In this document: positions 43,465 through 55,600 of the stretch, piece by piece
Numbering within the stretch: the stretch's first letter is position 1
How the letters are laid out: each line of letters opens with the position of its first letter
IMG/VR virus record: IMGVR_UViG_3300045988_134109
Location: 1 to 64,000 of that record
Strand: one strand, 5' to 3'
DNA from: a virus
Length of the DNA stretch: 64,000 nucleotides
Translations under genes and position numbers: made by a program
Notes under the pieces: generated by a model
What the model saw: the letters and a program-made list of their open reading frames with translations, nothing else
What the model was told of the DNA's origin: nothing
Databases searched by the model: none

Positions 43465-45723
43465 TTACCTGCATTCCAATTTGTTAAGATCATCCAATTC
43501 AGACTTGCTTACGGTCATGTCTTGCGTCAAGCCAGATCTGTTTTGGTATGGAGCGTAATCGGTTTCTACCGTCTTAGCCTTCTGAGTAGAATCGTATTTC
43601 ACCTCTGATTCGGTTCCTGTCAGATTTTGGTAGATAGAGCCGGAACTACTCTCGCTTACTTTAGACCATATCTTATTACCTACTCTTATAAAATTATCAT
43701 AAATACCTTCGGCTGTTATAACACCATCTTGCTCTACGATATTAGGGCCCGATTTTTCTTTTAACAAATACGGGTGCCTGGTGTAAAAATAGTGTTCAAA
43801 ATCATTCCCGGCATACGAAGGGTCATACTTCTCCAAATAAAACAATTCTGATAAAGAAGGGTCGGTACTGGTCATGCTATAATCAAACAACATCAACCTG
43901 TCTTTTCCAGATAAAGATAATTCTATTGATTTCAAAATATCAGGATCATCAGAAATAAGGCCCAAAGATGGACCAGGTTTGAAGTCAAGATACTTATAGG
44001 CATTATCATATAATTTTGTTTTATGGAGTTTGTTGTCAAGGTAAGATTGGTATAAATCGAATAAGGATAATGGGTTTTCGCTATCTTGTTTTTTGTTCAT
44101 GTATCGACTATACTCCCGATCCACATCCACGTAAGGAACGTCAAGTACCTCCGGGTGCCCAAACGCCATCCTGGTCATTATCATGTCCTCTGTGTTCTGA
44201 GAATCCATGAACGATCTGACGTATTTTTTAATGGAATCCATGAGCGTATTATTATCTACGTTCCGTACTTTCTCTTTATCCAAAACGCCGTTCTTAAAAC
44301 AAGATTCAGGATATATTTTAGTAGAAAAATGAGTTAGGTTGTGCTTGGCTAACACTGTTGATATTTGATACATCTCGTTAAGATCATCTTTGCTGATCCT
44401 TTGATATAGATTATCTCCTACCTTAAGCAATGAATGTTTCTCAAACGCTTCTACTGGGTCTATATCGGATTCAGAATAAACGATATTCAAATTATCCATA
44501 TACTCCGGTAATAATCCAAAATAATAATCTGTGCTATCACCAAGAACATCATCTATAGAAGATGCCAGCGTTGGAGCATAATTTACATCATTATGCCTGG
44601 CCACATAAATATCAAGATCCAGCATCAAATTATCTATCTTATTCAAAGATTCTTCTGTGCCATCATAAGTTTCCGATGTCCCTATTATATCTATGCCAAA
44701 CCACGTACAAGCCTCTTCTATATCCCATATCATGCTTCTTAAATCAGATTCGGTGTCGGCATTAGCCCTATGTAAATAAGCTGATATACGAGCTCTTAGG
44801 AACTCTATTTTGCCAGGATTGTAATAAGACAGATCTTGTAGCTTAGATAAGGATCTTCTCTTGCCTTCCACCACATCATCCCCTTCTATGTTTATTACCG
44901 GAATCTTATTCGTAGATGAGAACTCATCAAACATAGATTCGGCAAATTCTTTATCAGAAACGAATTTCTCAACCAGTTCAGGATATGAATTTCTCAACAA
45001 TTCAAAAGCAGATGAAAATTCAGAAAAGTTTTTTATGCCGGCTACTGTTTTACGCATAGCATAATAAAGCTCAGAAGGATTATATGGTACTTTTTTACCA
45101 AATTGGTTAAACACTCCCTCCTTGTAAACAATAGGACCATACTGATAGTCAACAGACATAAAATAATTATCCTTTTCCCTATCATGTTCGTTAATAGAAC
45201 AATCTATTAACTTTCTCATGGAAGTCGAAACCTCATTTAAAACAGAAGGATCGGATAAAATACGACTTATCTCTGTTTCATCATACAAACCGGATCTCCT
45301 TAATTTCTGCTCATTCAGTATCAAACTGCCATCTACATAAAAATCGAAGAGAATAGCATTAGACAATGAAGACGCATTGAAAAAATAATGAGTAGACAAA
45401 AGGAAATCCCTTACATCCTTAATGTCCTGAGCCGTTAAAGGATCAGCAAAATAAGTCTGACGCTTCATATACGACAGCACGTCTTCTAAAAGAGGTTCAC
45501 CATTGGGATCGGTATTAAACATCTCCCCTGGAGCCGGGTTATTCCAATGACCATAATACGACAAAAAACCAGGAGTGTAAGCCTTAGCCCATACCTGAAG
45601 AGCCCGCTCGCTGTTTCCTAATACTTTCAAAGCACTTTCGTAAAGAACGGAAGGCTCCCCGTTAGGAGCCTTAACCCGTTTTATTTCATTTTCCTTTTTT
45701 TCTATCTGACATTTGACACCCAT
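43465..45723 (-). CDS. large virion-associated hypothetical protein (752 aa)
   Basis: ATG start, TAA stop; in the structural gene block. Confidence 0.75.
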   Translation of the reverse strand: MGVKCQIEKKENEIKRVKAPNGEPSVLYESALKVLGNSERALQVWAKAYTPGFLSYYGHWNNPAPGEMFNTDPNGEPLLEDVLSYMKRQTYFADPLTAQDIKDVRDFLLSTHYFFNASSLSNAILFDFYVDGSLILNEQKLRRSGLYDETEISRILSDPSVLNEVSTSMRKLIDCSINEHDREKDNYFMSVDYQYGPIVYKEGVFNQFGKKVPYNPSELYYAMRKTVAGIKNFSEFSSAFELLRNSYPELVEKFVSDKEFAESMFDEFSSTNKIPVINIEGDDVVEGKRRSLSKLQDLSYYNPGKIEFLRARISAYLHRANADTESDLRSMIWDIEEACTWFGIDIIGTSETYDGTEESLNKIDNLMLDLDIYVARHNDVNYAPTLASSIDDVLGDSTDYYFGLLPEYMDNLNIVYSESDIDPVEAFEKHSLLKVGDNLYQRISKDDLNEMYQISTVLAKHNLTHFSTKIYPESCFKNGVLDKEKVRNVDNNTLMDSIKKYVRSFMDSQNTEDMIMTRMAFGHPEVLDVPYVDVDREYSRYMNKKQDSENPLSLFDLYQSYLDNKLHKTKLYDNAYKYLDFKPGPSLGLISDDPDILKSIELSLSGKDRLMLFDYSMTSTDPSLSELFYLEKYDPSYAGNDFEHYFYTRHPYLLKEKSGPNIVEQDGVITAEGIYDNFIRVGNKIWSKVSESSSGSIYQNLTGTESEVKYDSTQKAKTVETDYAPYQNRSGLTQDMTVSKSELDDLNKLECR

Positions 45724-45749
45724 TGTAATTAACTTTTTTGCAAAGTTAA

Positions 45750-46280
45750 TTATAAAACCGACTTATACAATGACGGATCCCAAATTCCTTCTATATAAAT
45801 CTCCGGAAAACTCAAACTGCCATCACGAAGAGTGGTGACTTCCAAGCTGGGAATGTTGAAAACAGTACTGGTATCACCAAACTCACCATTCAACTTGATA
45901 GCATTTCCGCTGTTATTAGCCTCATAATAAAAATAACAATAATTTTCATTAATGCTTGGATCATATTCGTACCAATATGTTAGATCTTGTATATGATCTT
46001 CTATGTTACCAATTTTGTTTTCACCTAATATAAAAATACCATTATTGCTATGATTATAAACCATAGATTCATAACCACCATAATTCCAATTACTATTAAA
46101 CATTATGTAACTAACATCAGAATCATGATCTTTTAATACAGGTCCTATATGTATATGAATTTTATTAAACTGACATACATAAGGTCTTTTTCCTCCAAGC
46201 CTTTTTATATCTTCATTGGATAACTTATTATAACATCCTCCCACGAAATTATCCGCAGCATTAAAAAATCTCCTTCTCAT
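45750..46280 (-). CDS. MRRRF-family small protein 3 (176 aa from the ATG at 46280)
   Basis: SD AAGGAG then ATG 2 nt after the TGA of the 2136-aa gene; N-terminal MRRRFFNAADNFVGG. Confidence 0.6.
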   Translation of the reverse strand: MRRRFFNAADNFVGGCYNKLSNEDIKRLGGKRPYVCQFNKIHIHIGPVLKDHDSDVSYIMFNSNWNYGGYESMVYNHSNNGIFILGENKIGNIEDHIQDLTYWYEYDPSINENYCYFYYEANNSGNAIKLNGEFGDTSTVFNIPSLEVTTLRDGSLSFPEIYIEGIWDPSLYKSVL

Positions 46281-46282
46281 AC

Positions 46283-49200
46283 TCAACACTCCTTATTTAA
46301 CTCATTTATCGAATCCGAATTATCAGAACCTTCTACGAGATTCTTATTCCTATCTATCTCTTCCTGGCTCATGTTACTCATCATATTTTGTATTTTTCTA
46401 CCAGATTGAGATAAAGAACGGATGAATGCGCTGGAACTTATCTTAACTCCAAGATCCGGTTTTGCCCTAAACGCTTCACCGGTACTGATATTATACAAAT
46501 CATACACACCTGAGTTCATATAGAATTTATATATCCAGTTTCCACCAGCTTTTTTGTACCCTAATTTGGTTAACTCGACTACACTCATACCAAATTTAAT
46601 GCCATTACGACCCATTATCTTCTCTGGTATAGGTTCTACCTTAGCCGGAACAGATGTATATGCTTCATCGCCGCCGTACAGGAAATAAGGAGATATTACC
46701 CTTGATATGTGAGTAAGCGGTTCTTCGGATATACGAGGTTCGTCTTTTTCTATTTCTCCTTTTGTAGATCCAGGTAATTCGACATTTCCTTCAACTTCGA
46801 CATTTGTTCTGGATTGTCCTTTGCCTTCTCCATCTCCCTTTTTATCGCCATCTTCCTCAGTGCGTACTGCACCGCCTTCTGCACTTCCTTCTTTTCCATC
46901 ATTTAAAATATTATCTGATTCTGACTCTATAGACTCCACAACAGCATCATACTCTGGTATGCCGCTAAGGAAATCTGCTACGTTATTCAAAAACTCTATT
47001 TTTTCCTCGTTTGTCATATCAAGGCTTTCCACGGGCCTCCATATGGCAGGCAAGTTGTTTGATTTTATTGCAGTAGAAACATCTTCTACAGTTTTATTAT
47101 CCACCGTAGGCAAAACTTTAGAAACCAAACTATTGATATCAGATTCCATTTTTTCTACTTCCTCTTTTGTGCCATATTCTTTTAGGGTATCCATGCCATT
47201 GACTCTAAGAGAATAATTCAAAGCCTTGCTTGGAACAAAATTAATATATTTCAAAAAGTTTTTCAACTCTGATATAATTTGTTCGTCAGATCTTGGCCCA
47301 ACATAATCAACCACCACCTGATCTGTTTGAGAACGAAGCCAAGAAACGTATTCTTCTAAGGTCTTACCACCTTTACTGGAAGGAGTGGATATTTTATCAC
47401 CTACTGTTCCTTTAGGTTCTAATCCCATTTCTTCCTTAAGGCTTTTAGGATTACCTCTCTCACGAAGAAACCTCAAATCACCTCCTACAATCTTCCTTGC
47501 TATAAAATCAAAAATATTAGCATAAGACGGCAATCCTTCTTTTTCTATATGAGATTCTATTTCGTTTAACATAAGAGAGAAGTTTTTCCTGGAGGTACGC
47601 TTCTTGCCAGGTAAAGACTGCGTAGCTTGTGCCGCAGGAGCCGGCTGAGCTAATGGCGCCGGCTGAGTCTCCCGGGCAGCCCCTTCCTCTGGCATTTCCT
47701 CTTCATAAACTTCCACATCTTCTACCTTAGAAGTAACGGTCTTACCCTCATCAGAGAAAGGAAGATCATCCTCTATAAGCGATTTAGGTCTGGAAGATGA
47801 TTTGCCAAACTGAATCCTGATCTTAGGAGCGACAAACATCTCACCTTCGAAATCTATTCCAGATTCTACTTCAGACGTCACAATGTCTTTCACATTCCTG
47901 CTTTCATCTTCCACCCACTTAACAACATCAGGAACCGTAGATAATTTTTCTATAGCCTCACGAGCTTTTCTAAGCCCTGAAATAGGATTCAAATACGATA
48001 CTTGATACGAAGCCGGATCAAGACCTAACTTGGTTAGATACGCATTAAGATCTTGTATGTCATCTTGACCCATCTGTAGCAATTCAGAATCACCAGATTC
48101 AAGCAGCATATCTATAAAAGACATCCATTTCTGCCCTTCCTCTGATTCTACAGAACGTAGGCTAACTGGGAAAAGATAATTAAGACCGTTTTTACCTTTG
48201 ATGACGACTACCGGAACTCTTACATTTTTGTAATTATTCCCCTTGTCATTTAATATAGAATAAGCAAATGGGAAGCCTGTGTATTTAGATCCGTTCTTAA
48301 GCACGACTTTGCCATTTAATACATATCCAACATCAGATACTTTTTCAGCACCTTTTTCGGTAATAGGGAGATTTTCTATCTGGCCATATCCTTGACCGTT
48401 CACCTTCATGTTAAACACCGGTCTTCCGGGAAGGGTCTGGGCAACAACATGCGTGCCGACGCCGATGGTAGCCGACCGGCCGGCGTCCTTCTTCCACTTG
48501 TTAAAAGCCGTTCTTCTTATTTTACTTATACCATCTATGCCTCCTGTATCAGCTTTTACAACAGAAACGAATCTGTTCCCACTCATGACCTTGATAACCA
48601 TATTGGACACCAGTTTATTCTCAGCAGATTCTATTCTTTTTTTATCGCCGGACTGAACAGCATCATTGTATTCGGCAAAAAGAGACTGATTATAAGTATC
48701 ATTTACATCTATTTCGAGATTAACCTTATCTCCTTTTTTCAAAGAAGATAATGCTTCCTGATCTATTTTATCTACCTCATTCTCTCCGAATCCGACACCC
48801 GTTCTGTACGGAACCAATTCATCTGAATCAAGACGCTTATAAACCAAAGAATAGGAATTACCCACGTCCTGAATAGACACGTCTGTGTAACGGTTAAGAA
48901 CACGAGCCGATTCTTTGTCTATAGACCATCTCGCATGATAAGGCAGTTCAATTATAGTAGCCGTTTCTCCACCTATGTTAAGAGAATACCTTTTAGTACC
49001 ATTAGCGTTCGTTTCAGAGCTTATTTGAATAGGAACCAATGATTTTATAGAAGATATAAATTTATCGGCTCTAAGACCCGCAATTTCATACCTTTCGTTG
49101 CCATCGTTGGATATTCTTCTAACCATCAACGTCTCTGGATTTTGGGCACTATCTATGTTAGCTCCAGGCGTATTATCGGATTCATCTAACTCATTTACAA

Positions 49201-52200
49201 GAGAATCTATATTGGTATCATCCTCCCCAAAATTACTTAACGTAGATTCGGAAATACGACCTTTATCAATAATCCTGTTTTGTTCGATATAAGGAAGGAG
49301 ATCTGTGATGTTTCCAACCTGGCCAAGATCTTCTATGGTAAATACAGAATCGGCAAGCTTATCTTCGTCAACCTTCTCCCCTTTATCCCGTCTGTTCATT
49401 ATATCAACATACGAAGAAATAGCATCATCAAGTTCCTTCCTTTGATCTGGTTCCAAATTGGATTTAGCCATATCAATAATAGCTTTATTATCCTCATACA
49501 CAGATCGATGTTCAGTAAGTCTCCTAACTTTATCTGATAAATCTTTTATCATCTTAGCCGGACTATCACCAAGATTTGATATATAATCATCAATATCCTG
49601 TTTATACTTTTCATATATCTCCTTCTCCCTTGGAGATAAAAGATCTTGATTACCTGTATATATCTTATCTACGATACGTTCTTTAACCTCTATAGGTGCA
49701 GACAAAAGATCTTCCATTGCCGACTCATAATCAAAATCAGACAATATATCTTCTTTCGGCTTCTGAGTTATACCATCGTTTAGATGACCAAATACTTTCA
49801 TGGTAAATGCTTCATCTGAATTTATTTCTCCATTATTCAGAAGCTCATCTATTTTTTCATCCAAACTGATATTATTACCCTCTGTCTGGTAAAAACGATC
49901 ACTTTCTATAGATTTAGTATTAGAAGATACCATATCATTTAAGAACTTAGAAAATAAAGAAAAATCATGTCTCATGAATTTCTTATCCTGTATGGAGTTC
50001 ATAAATGACCGTAAAACCTTATATTGGGTAATGGCTTTCTGGTATTTCACCACCATATTTCTTAAATCCTCTGCTTCTTTCTTCCCTTTATTATTCTCAA
50101 TATAAGTACTTAAAGAAGCTACAGAGTCATAAGCTTTCAATATATCTTCAGCAGTTATTGTTTCGGATTTAAACAACTCAAGAGCTAATACTCCAGGATC
50201 AAAAGAATAAAATACTTCTTTATAACTACTAAGAAGATCTTCTGACAACCTTCTATATTCCTTATTAAGATTATCGTATTTAATAGTTTTTTGTTTTATA
50301 GCCTCTGCTTCGGTATCATTGCCATCCTCTACTCTTCTCGGAGTTGTAGCCAACCTCTCTATTTCAGCATTCAGATCATTGATCTCATTACGCAATTCCC
50401 TTAACTGATTAACTGTATCAAAAGCTTGACTTGATAATGAATAAAACGTATTTATATCATCAAACAAATTATTGTCATTTACATAATCAGCAATATCATT
50501 TGATGCTTCCATTGCTATATCTTCTGCATCCAACCCCTTAAACACAGCATTAGCAACATTAGATCGATAAAGATCAGATGAAGTCTCAGCAGTAATAGCC
50601 TCAGCAAAAGAAGAAGCTTTTTTATAATTGGCTAACTTCTTATCAAAATCTTTTATAATATCTTCCTTGTATTTTTTAACAGTTTCTTCATCTACTTTCA
50701 TTTCAGAAGCCAACTCATTTTCGTCAAGGCTTTTAACCATTGACCTGAAATTGTTAGCCGTATCCTCTAACATTCCCATTCTGTCAGATAATTCAAATTT
50801 AGAATAATAATCTGATTCAGGATCATTCATTTGAGCATTAAATTCGGCTAAATTTCGCATAGAGTCTTTTACGGATTGAGAAGTAAAAGCATTATTACTA
50901 TTAAATTTCTCAACATCAGTATTAATAGTACGCTCTTTATTTCTCCTTTCATATAAACCAAAAGCACCATTTCTGGCTCCAAATAAACCACCAATCAGGG
51001 CTCCTATGCCAATCTCTTTCAATCCTTCTTTGGTTGTAAATTGTTCAGCTATGGCCTTAGAAAAAGAATCAACTATAGAAGACGTAGCATCAAGATACGT
51101 CTTATCATATCTTGATCTAATAAAATCTTCTCCCATGCGCTGAGCAACACCTTGCATGCCTTCCTCCCATACACCTTCAGATATGGGTCTTTTAGATACA
51201 TTCCAAATAGTAGCTAAGGATTTCTGGAATAAATTTGCTTTTACCGTCTGTAATCTTCCAGCATCACCCGCTACCTTCTTAGTCCCTAATCCAAACAAAT
51301 AGCGATCTACAAAACTCTTTGATCCCCTATATGTGTTTGATACACCCTTTAATCCAGGTATGTATTTAGAAGCAAAACCAGTGTCTACTCCAAGATATTT
51401 TCCCAGAAGAAGATAATTGGATAATCCAACTATACCCATATTAGCTAAAAATATGCTGTTTGCCGTATCGGAAATAGAACTCTTAAATTCAGCCATCTCA
51501 GACTGATTAGGATTCCGACCATACATATTTTTAAAATATTCCTTGTATTTACTTTCAGAGTCTTTCATAAAGGACTGAGCCTCCACGGCAGACTCCCAGC
51601 CGGCGCCCACAAACGTATTTACTCCTACCTTGGCCATATTGCCTATGGCCCTGCCGTACATCGCTCCTGCCCTATACGCTCCAAAAGCAGATTTTACAGC
51701 ACTTGCCGCAATCTTAGACGCCGCCATCTTTCCGGCCACCCTCATCCCTACTTTAGCACCAACAGCTCCAAGACTTGACACACCCATCCCACCTGTAAGG
51801 TAGGCAGACAAAATAGCTCCTGTCGTAAACGATAGACCATTTCCAATAACATCATTAAAAATAAAATTTGCAGTTCCAAGACTCTGCAAAAATCCCATAT
51901 CACGTTCTTCTCTTGTATAATAATGAGGAAGAGAGTGGTTTATTCTTTCATCTATATCATTTATGGTTCGTGTAAAATCATTGTCAAATGCAGAAGATAA
52001 CGTACCAGTCTTTATAAGATTATACGCAGCCGGGATAATACCTACTACTCCTGATACACCATATAATGCTGTTTTTGTGACAAGCTTCCCTATGCCATTA
52101 ACAGCCTTATTCCAAGTAGTTTGACTTCTTCCGTAATAATCTTCATTATCCCTTCCTGGCATATAACTTTTAAACTTTGCAAGACCGATGTTCCCATCGG

Positions 52201-52693
52201 ATAAAAAGTCATATGCTTCATCTAACTTAATAGTTCTTCCTTTACCAAATACACCAAAATCAGCAGCAGATGACTGTTGATTACCAGCTATAACCTCACC
52301 ATAAGACGTTTGTTTACCAGAATAAGTATTCCTTGATTTATCTTGAATAGATTTTATCATGGAATTTAACTTATTATAAGACTCCTCTTTCTTCTTTCTT
52401 GGATCATCTCCACCATTCAGAGCCGATTTTAGTCCAGAAAAAGATGTGTCTACATCAAAAGAAGTATCTATTCCGCTAATATCATATCCTTTTTCTGAAT
52501 CATCATCAGGATTTATGGCTGATACCGGGGGAGTATATGAACCTACTTTCATCCTCTCCATCTCTCTTTTTGCTCCCTCAATAAGAGAAGATTCTTCTTC
52601 ATATCGCGTAGGAACTCCGGCATTATACCCTCTCAATCCAGTAGATGGTAAGAAACCTGATTTCTCTACCAATGTCTGTTCCTTATTTTCCAT
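46283..52693 (-). CDS. giant virion protein (2136 aa) with a Gly/Ala-rich hydrophobic segment and long acidic coiled-coil regions; tape-measure or ejection-protein-like
   Basis: uninterrupted ORF; residues ~200-400 form repeated G/A-rich hydrophobic helices (VSGVVGIIPAAY..., GAVGAKVGMRVAGKMAASKIAASAV...); TGA stop. Confidence 0.8.
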   Translation of the reverse strand: MENKEQTLVEKSGFLPSTGLRGYNAGVPTRYEEESSLIEGAKREMERMKVGSYTPPVSAINPDDDSEKGYDISGIDTSFDVDTSFSGLKSALNGGDDPRKKKEESYNKLNSMIKSIQDKSRNTYSGKQTSYGEVIAGNQQSSAADFGVFGKGRTIKLDEAYDFLSDGNIGLAKFKSYMPGRDNEDYYGRSQTTWNKAVNGIGKLVTKTALYGVSGVVGIIPAAYNLIKTGTLSSAFDNDFTRTINDIDERINHSLPHYYTREERDMGFLQSLGTANFIFNDVIGNGLSFTTGAILSAYLTGGMGVSSLGAVGAKVGMRVAGKMAASKIAASAVKSAFGAYRAGAMYGRAIGNMAKVGVNTFVGAGWESAVEAQSFMKDSESKYKEYFKNMYGRNPNQSEMAEFKSSISDTANSIFLANMGIVGLSNYLLLGKYLGVDTGFASKYIPGLKGVSNTYRGSKSFVDRYLFGLGTKKVAGDAGRLQTVKANLFQKSLATIWNVSKRPISEGVWEEGMQGVAQRMGEDFIRSRYDKTYLDATSSIVDSFSKAIAEQFTTKEGLKEIGIGALIGGLFGARNGAFGLYERRNKERTINTDVEKFNSNNAFTSQSVKDSMRNLAEFNAQMNDPESDYYSKFELSDRMGMLEDTANNFRSMVKSLDENELASEMKVDEETVKKYKEDIIKDFDKKLANYKKASSFAEAITAETSSDLYRSNVANAVFKGLDAEDIAMEASNDIADYVNDNNLFDDINTFYSLSSQAFDTVNQLRELRNEINDLNAEIERLATTPRRVEDGNDTEAEAIKQKTIKYDNLNKEYRRLSEDLLSSYKEVFYSFDPGVLALELFKSETITAEDILKAYDSVASLSTYIENNKGKKEAEDLRNMVVKYQKAITQYKVLRSFMNSIQDKKFMRHDFSLFSKFLNDMVSSNTKSIESDRFYQTEGNNISLDEKIDELLNNGEINSDEAFTMKVFGHLNDGITQKPKEDILSDFDYESAMEDLLSAPIEVKERIVDKIYTGNQDLLSPREKEIYEKYKQDIDDYISNLGDSPAKMIKDLSDKVRRLTEHRSVYEDNKAIIDMAKSNLEPDQRKELDDAISSYVDIMNRRDKGEKVDEDKLADSVFTIEDLGQVGNITDLLPYIEQNRIIDKGRISESTLSNFGEDDTNIDSLVNELDESDNTPGANIDSAQNPETLMVRRISNDGNERYEIAGLRADKFISSIKSLVPIQISSETNANGTKRYSLNIGGETATIIELPYHARWSIDKESARVLNRYTDVSIQDVGNSYSLVYKRLDSDELVPYRTGVGFGENEVDKIDQEALSSLKKGDKVNLEIDVNDTYNQSLFAEYNDAVQSGDKKRIESAENKLVSNMVIKVMSGNRFVSVVKADTGGIDGISKIRRTAFNKWKKDAGRSATIGVGTHVVAQTLPGRPVFNMKVNGQGYGQIENLPITEKGAEKVSDVGYVLNGKVVLKNGSKYTGFPFAYSILNDKGNNYKNVRVPVVVIKGKNGLNYLFPVSLRSVESEEGQKWMSFIDMLLESGDSELLQMGQDDIQDLNAYLTKLGLDPASYQVSYLNPISGLRKAREAIEKLSTVPDVVKWVEDESRNVKDIVTSEVESGIDFEGEMFVAPKIRIQFGKSSSRPKSLIEDDLPFSDEGKTVTSKVEDVEVYEEEMPEEGAARETQPAPLAQPAPAAQATQSLPGKKRTSRKNFSLMLNEIESHIEKEGLPSYANIFDFIARKIVGGDLRFLRERGNPKSLKEEMGLEPKGTVGDKISTPSSKGGKTLEEYVSWLRSQTDQVVVDYVGPRSDEQIISELKNFLKYINFVPSKALNYSLRVNGMDTLKEYGTKEEVEKMESDINSLVSKVLPTVDNKTVEDVSTAIKSNNLPAIWRPVESLDMTNEEKIEFLNNVADFLSGIPEYDAVVESIESESDNILNDGKEGSAEGGAVRTEEDGDKKGDGEGKGQSRTNVEVEGNVELPGSTKGEIEKDEPRISEEPLTHISRVISPYFLYGGDEAYTSVPAKVEPIPEKIMGRNGIKFGMSVVELTKLGYKKAGGNWIYKFYMNSGVYDLYNISTGEAFRAKPDLGVKISSSAFIRSLSQSGRKIQNMMSNMSQEEIDRNKNLVEGSDNSDSINELNKEC

Positions 52694-52696
52694 ATA

Positions 52697-55600
52697 TTAT
52701 TCCCTATTTACACTATTCAACAACTTCATCAACTTGCCGTTTTTATTCAAAGACGTAGGCAAATTACCTCCTTCTTTTGCTGCCACCATATCCTTAATCT
52801 CTTCTGTTATGGCTGGCACAACAAAAACAACTATTTTTTTCTGAGGCGCAACAGCAAGTTCTTTAGACACATTATCCGCAAACCATACATTAGGAGTATC
52901 AAACGAATCTATTAACTCAGGTTTACCATTCTCCATAAGATAAAGCCTTGTCTCATATCCATAACCGTAACTTGTCTTAGGATCATAACCTTCAACCTTT
53001 ACACCAAGCTTTCCACTGTTATCCAATATATCTTTAGCTGCATTAAGAAGCCAAACCTTTTGTTCTGGCATATCATCTAAATTATTACCAGATTCATTTA
53101 TCATATCCGATAACACTTTCATCATTGAAGATACAGAAGCATAAGCGGGTGATATATCTGAATTTTCAAGCATCTTCGGATACCACATATTGGTATCACT
53201 TCCAAATGTAGGTCTTATAATACCACTTTCATATCCACCTATATCGACGGAAGGAGTATTAATACCAGGATCTATGCCATTATTTATCAACTCTGTTTCA
53301 GATACCTCAACAATATCTATTTCCTCTCTTTCACCAGTATGATTAGCAACCAAACTGTAAGTCTTCTCTCCATTGTCGGCTATTCCCGATTCTGTCAAAG
53401 AAAATGATTCAATAGTTGCCGATGATGATTTCGATTTACCAACAGGATGCTCTGCCATTTTCTTAGTAAATAGATCCCTGAGAACCCCCATCTCTCTATA
53501 ACCAGCCTCCTTGGAGGTTAATTTGGTTGAATACGTTACTGTGTTAGGTGAATACAGTTCGAGATATTCTTTACGTATCTCATTTATACCATCATCTTGA
53601 ACCTTAGTTATTTGATCAGCTATATTAATATCACTTACTGCATAGTTTCCAACGCCCTCCATTCCACTAATAGAATACAGTGCATTAAAAAACACCTTTT
53701 CTTCACCATCCGAGAAACTATTTTTTACATCATCGTATTTTTTTAAGAAATACCTGCCACTTTTGCTATCCCTCTCAAATACTTTAGATAAATCAATGCC
53801 ATCATTTTTCACCCTCTTTCTTATAGTAGCTATATCAGCAGGCGAGAATCCTTTTTCATAATATCTTACTCCAGATTCTACATCGCCGACTGTACCTCTA
53901 TTTTTTCTTAAAATATCATTAAGGGATAACGCTGTAGCATAGGCTATATATTCTTCGGGTTTACCTCCTTCCTTCTGCGCGATCGCATTTGCTATTTCAG
54001 ATACAATATTATCATAAATCTTATTCTCCTTCTTAATTCTATCATTCTCTATATCCATCTTGTCTACAGCGCTATTAAGCTGCATATAAGCATCTGTGGC
54101 AGCTTTTCTCTCTGCCATAGGTAGCTTATCAAACATATCATTAGAAAGACCTCCATTGTCCTTTATATACTTAAGAAGTTTTTCTTCATCCATAAGATAC
54201 TTGTATCCTGATGTTTCATCCGTCATATTTCTTGATATGGCAGCTTGAATATTTTTCATGTTTTCAGCACCAAGGGCCGTAGATAGTCTACTTCCGGATG
54301 TTACAAGATCTGTATATGCCTTATTAAACTTCTTATGAGTTTCTTCTGATATGCTAATATTTTTAGTTTCGATAGGATTAGCTGAAATAGTTCCACCAGA
54401 GTTTGTGCCAACGCCCACCTGCATGGCTCGGCTTCCAGCTCTGCCGCCTGCCGCTCCTGCACCAGAGGACATAAGTTTTGCTATTCTGGCTTCATTAAGC
54501 CTATTCTGCATCTTCAGACGTTCTTCGTCTAATCCAAATCTGGCTTCATCCTTATTCTTACCATATTCAAACTCTGCAATATCCCTATTTCTTTCATATT
54601 CAAATTCTATCTTCCATTTTTCGAAATTCAAATTAGCTAATCTTTCCCTCTGATTATATTCTTTGGTTTTCCAGTAAAGCTCGTCGGCTTTGATTATGAA
54701 AGACGAATTATCATAAGCATATGAAGCAGCAGCATTATTAATAAAATTATTTTCAATAACCTTCATCGCTCCAAGATACGGATCGTAAGTCCTTTCATCC
54801 ATTCTGCTAAATTCAGATTTCATGGAAGCTATTTCAGATTTGGCTCTCTTTATTTCATTTTCAACCATTTCTTTCTTTGCAGGATCAGAACCCAAACCGG
54901 AAAGATCGGCAGTAAGAGCATCAACATACCTCTGCTTATCACTTATCTGCTTATTCATAAAACCAAGAACAGAATCATACGAATATAAAGAGGGATTAGA
55001 GTCTACCATGTAAATAGCCTCCACCTGCATCTGCTGCCTTGCTTTATCTGATAACCCTGACAATGCGAAAGAAGCTATCTGTTCAGGAGTAAGCATATCC
55101 TTAGTTACTTCTTGTACTGCCCCGGTAGGATGACCATCCTTGTCAAGAATAGGAATCTGAACTTTAGCTCCTTTATGAAGCTTGCTTATAAAATCTATCC
55201 TATCTTTTAATTCCTTATTATAATCAGTATAAGGAGTATATTGAAGAGGAGCAAGACGGGAACCAGCCTTTCCATCATTCACCCATTCATTATACGGCTT
55301 TAAAGTCGCATAAGCATTCGCAGCAGAATAAAGTTCTGGATTATTTATTTGTAAATCAGATAGCATTTTATGCATTCTCCTGCCTTCTTTTGTGCCGGCA
55401 ATCGCGTTAATGACCGTATCATCCAACACTGAACTGATCTCTCCTTGTATAGCTCTCGTAACACCATCAGAAGAAAGATCCACGCCTTTGAATTTTTGAT
55501 TGATGTTAGCAATCACACCTGACATCTTATCTTCCATATAAGCGCGGGCTTCAGGCTTATCTATCTCTTGACCCATAAGATAATCTACCTGGGTATAGAT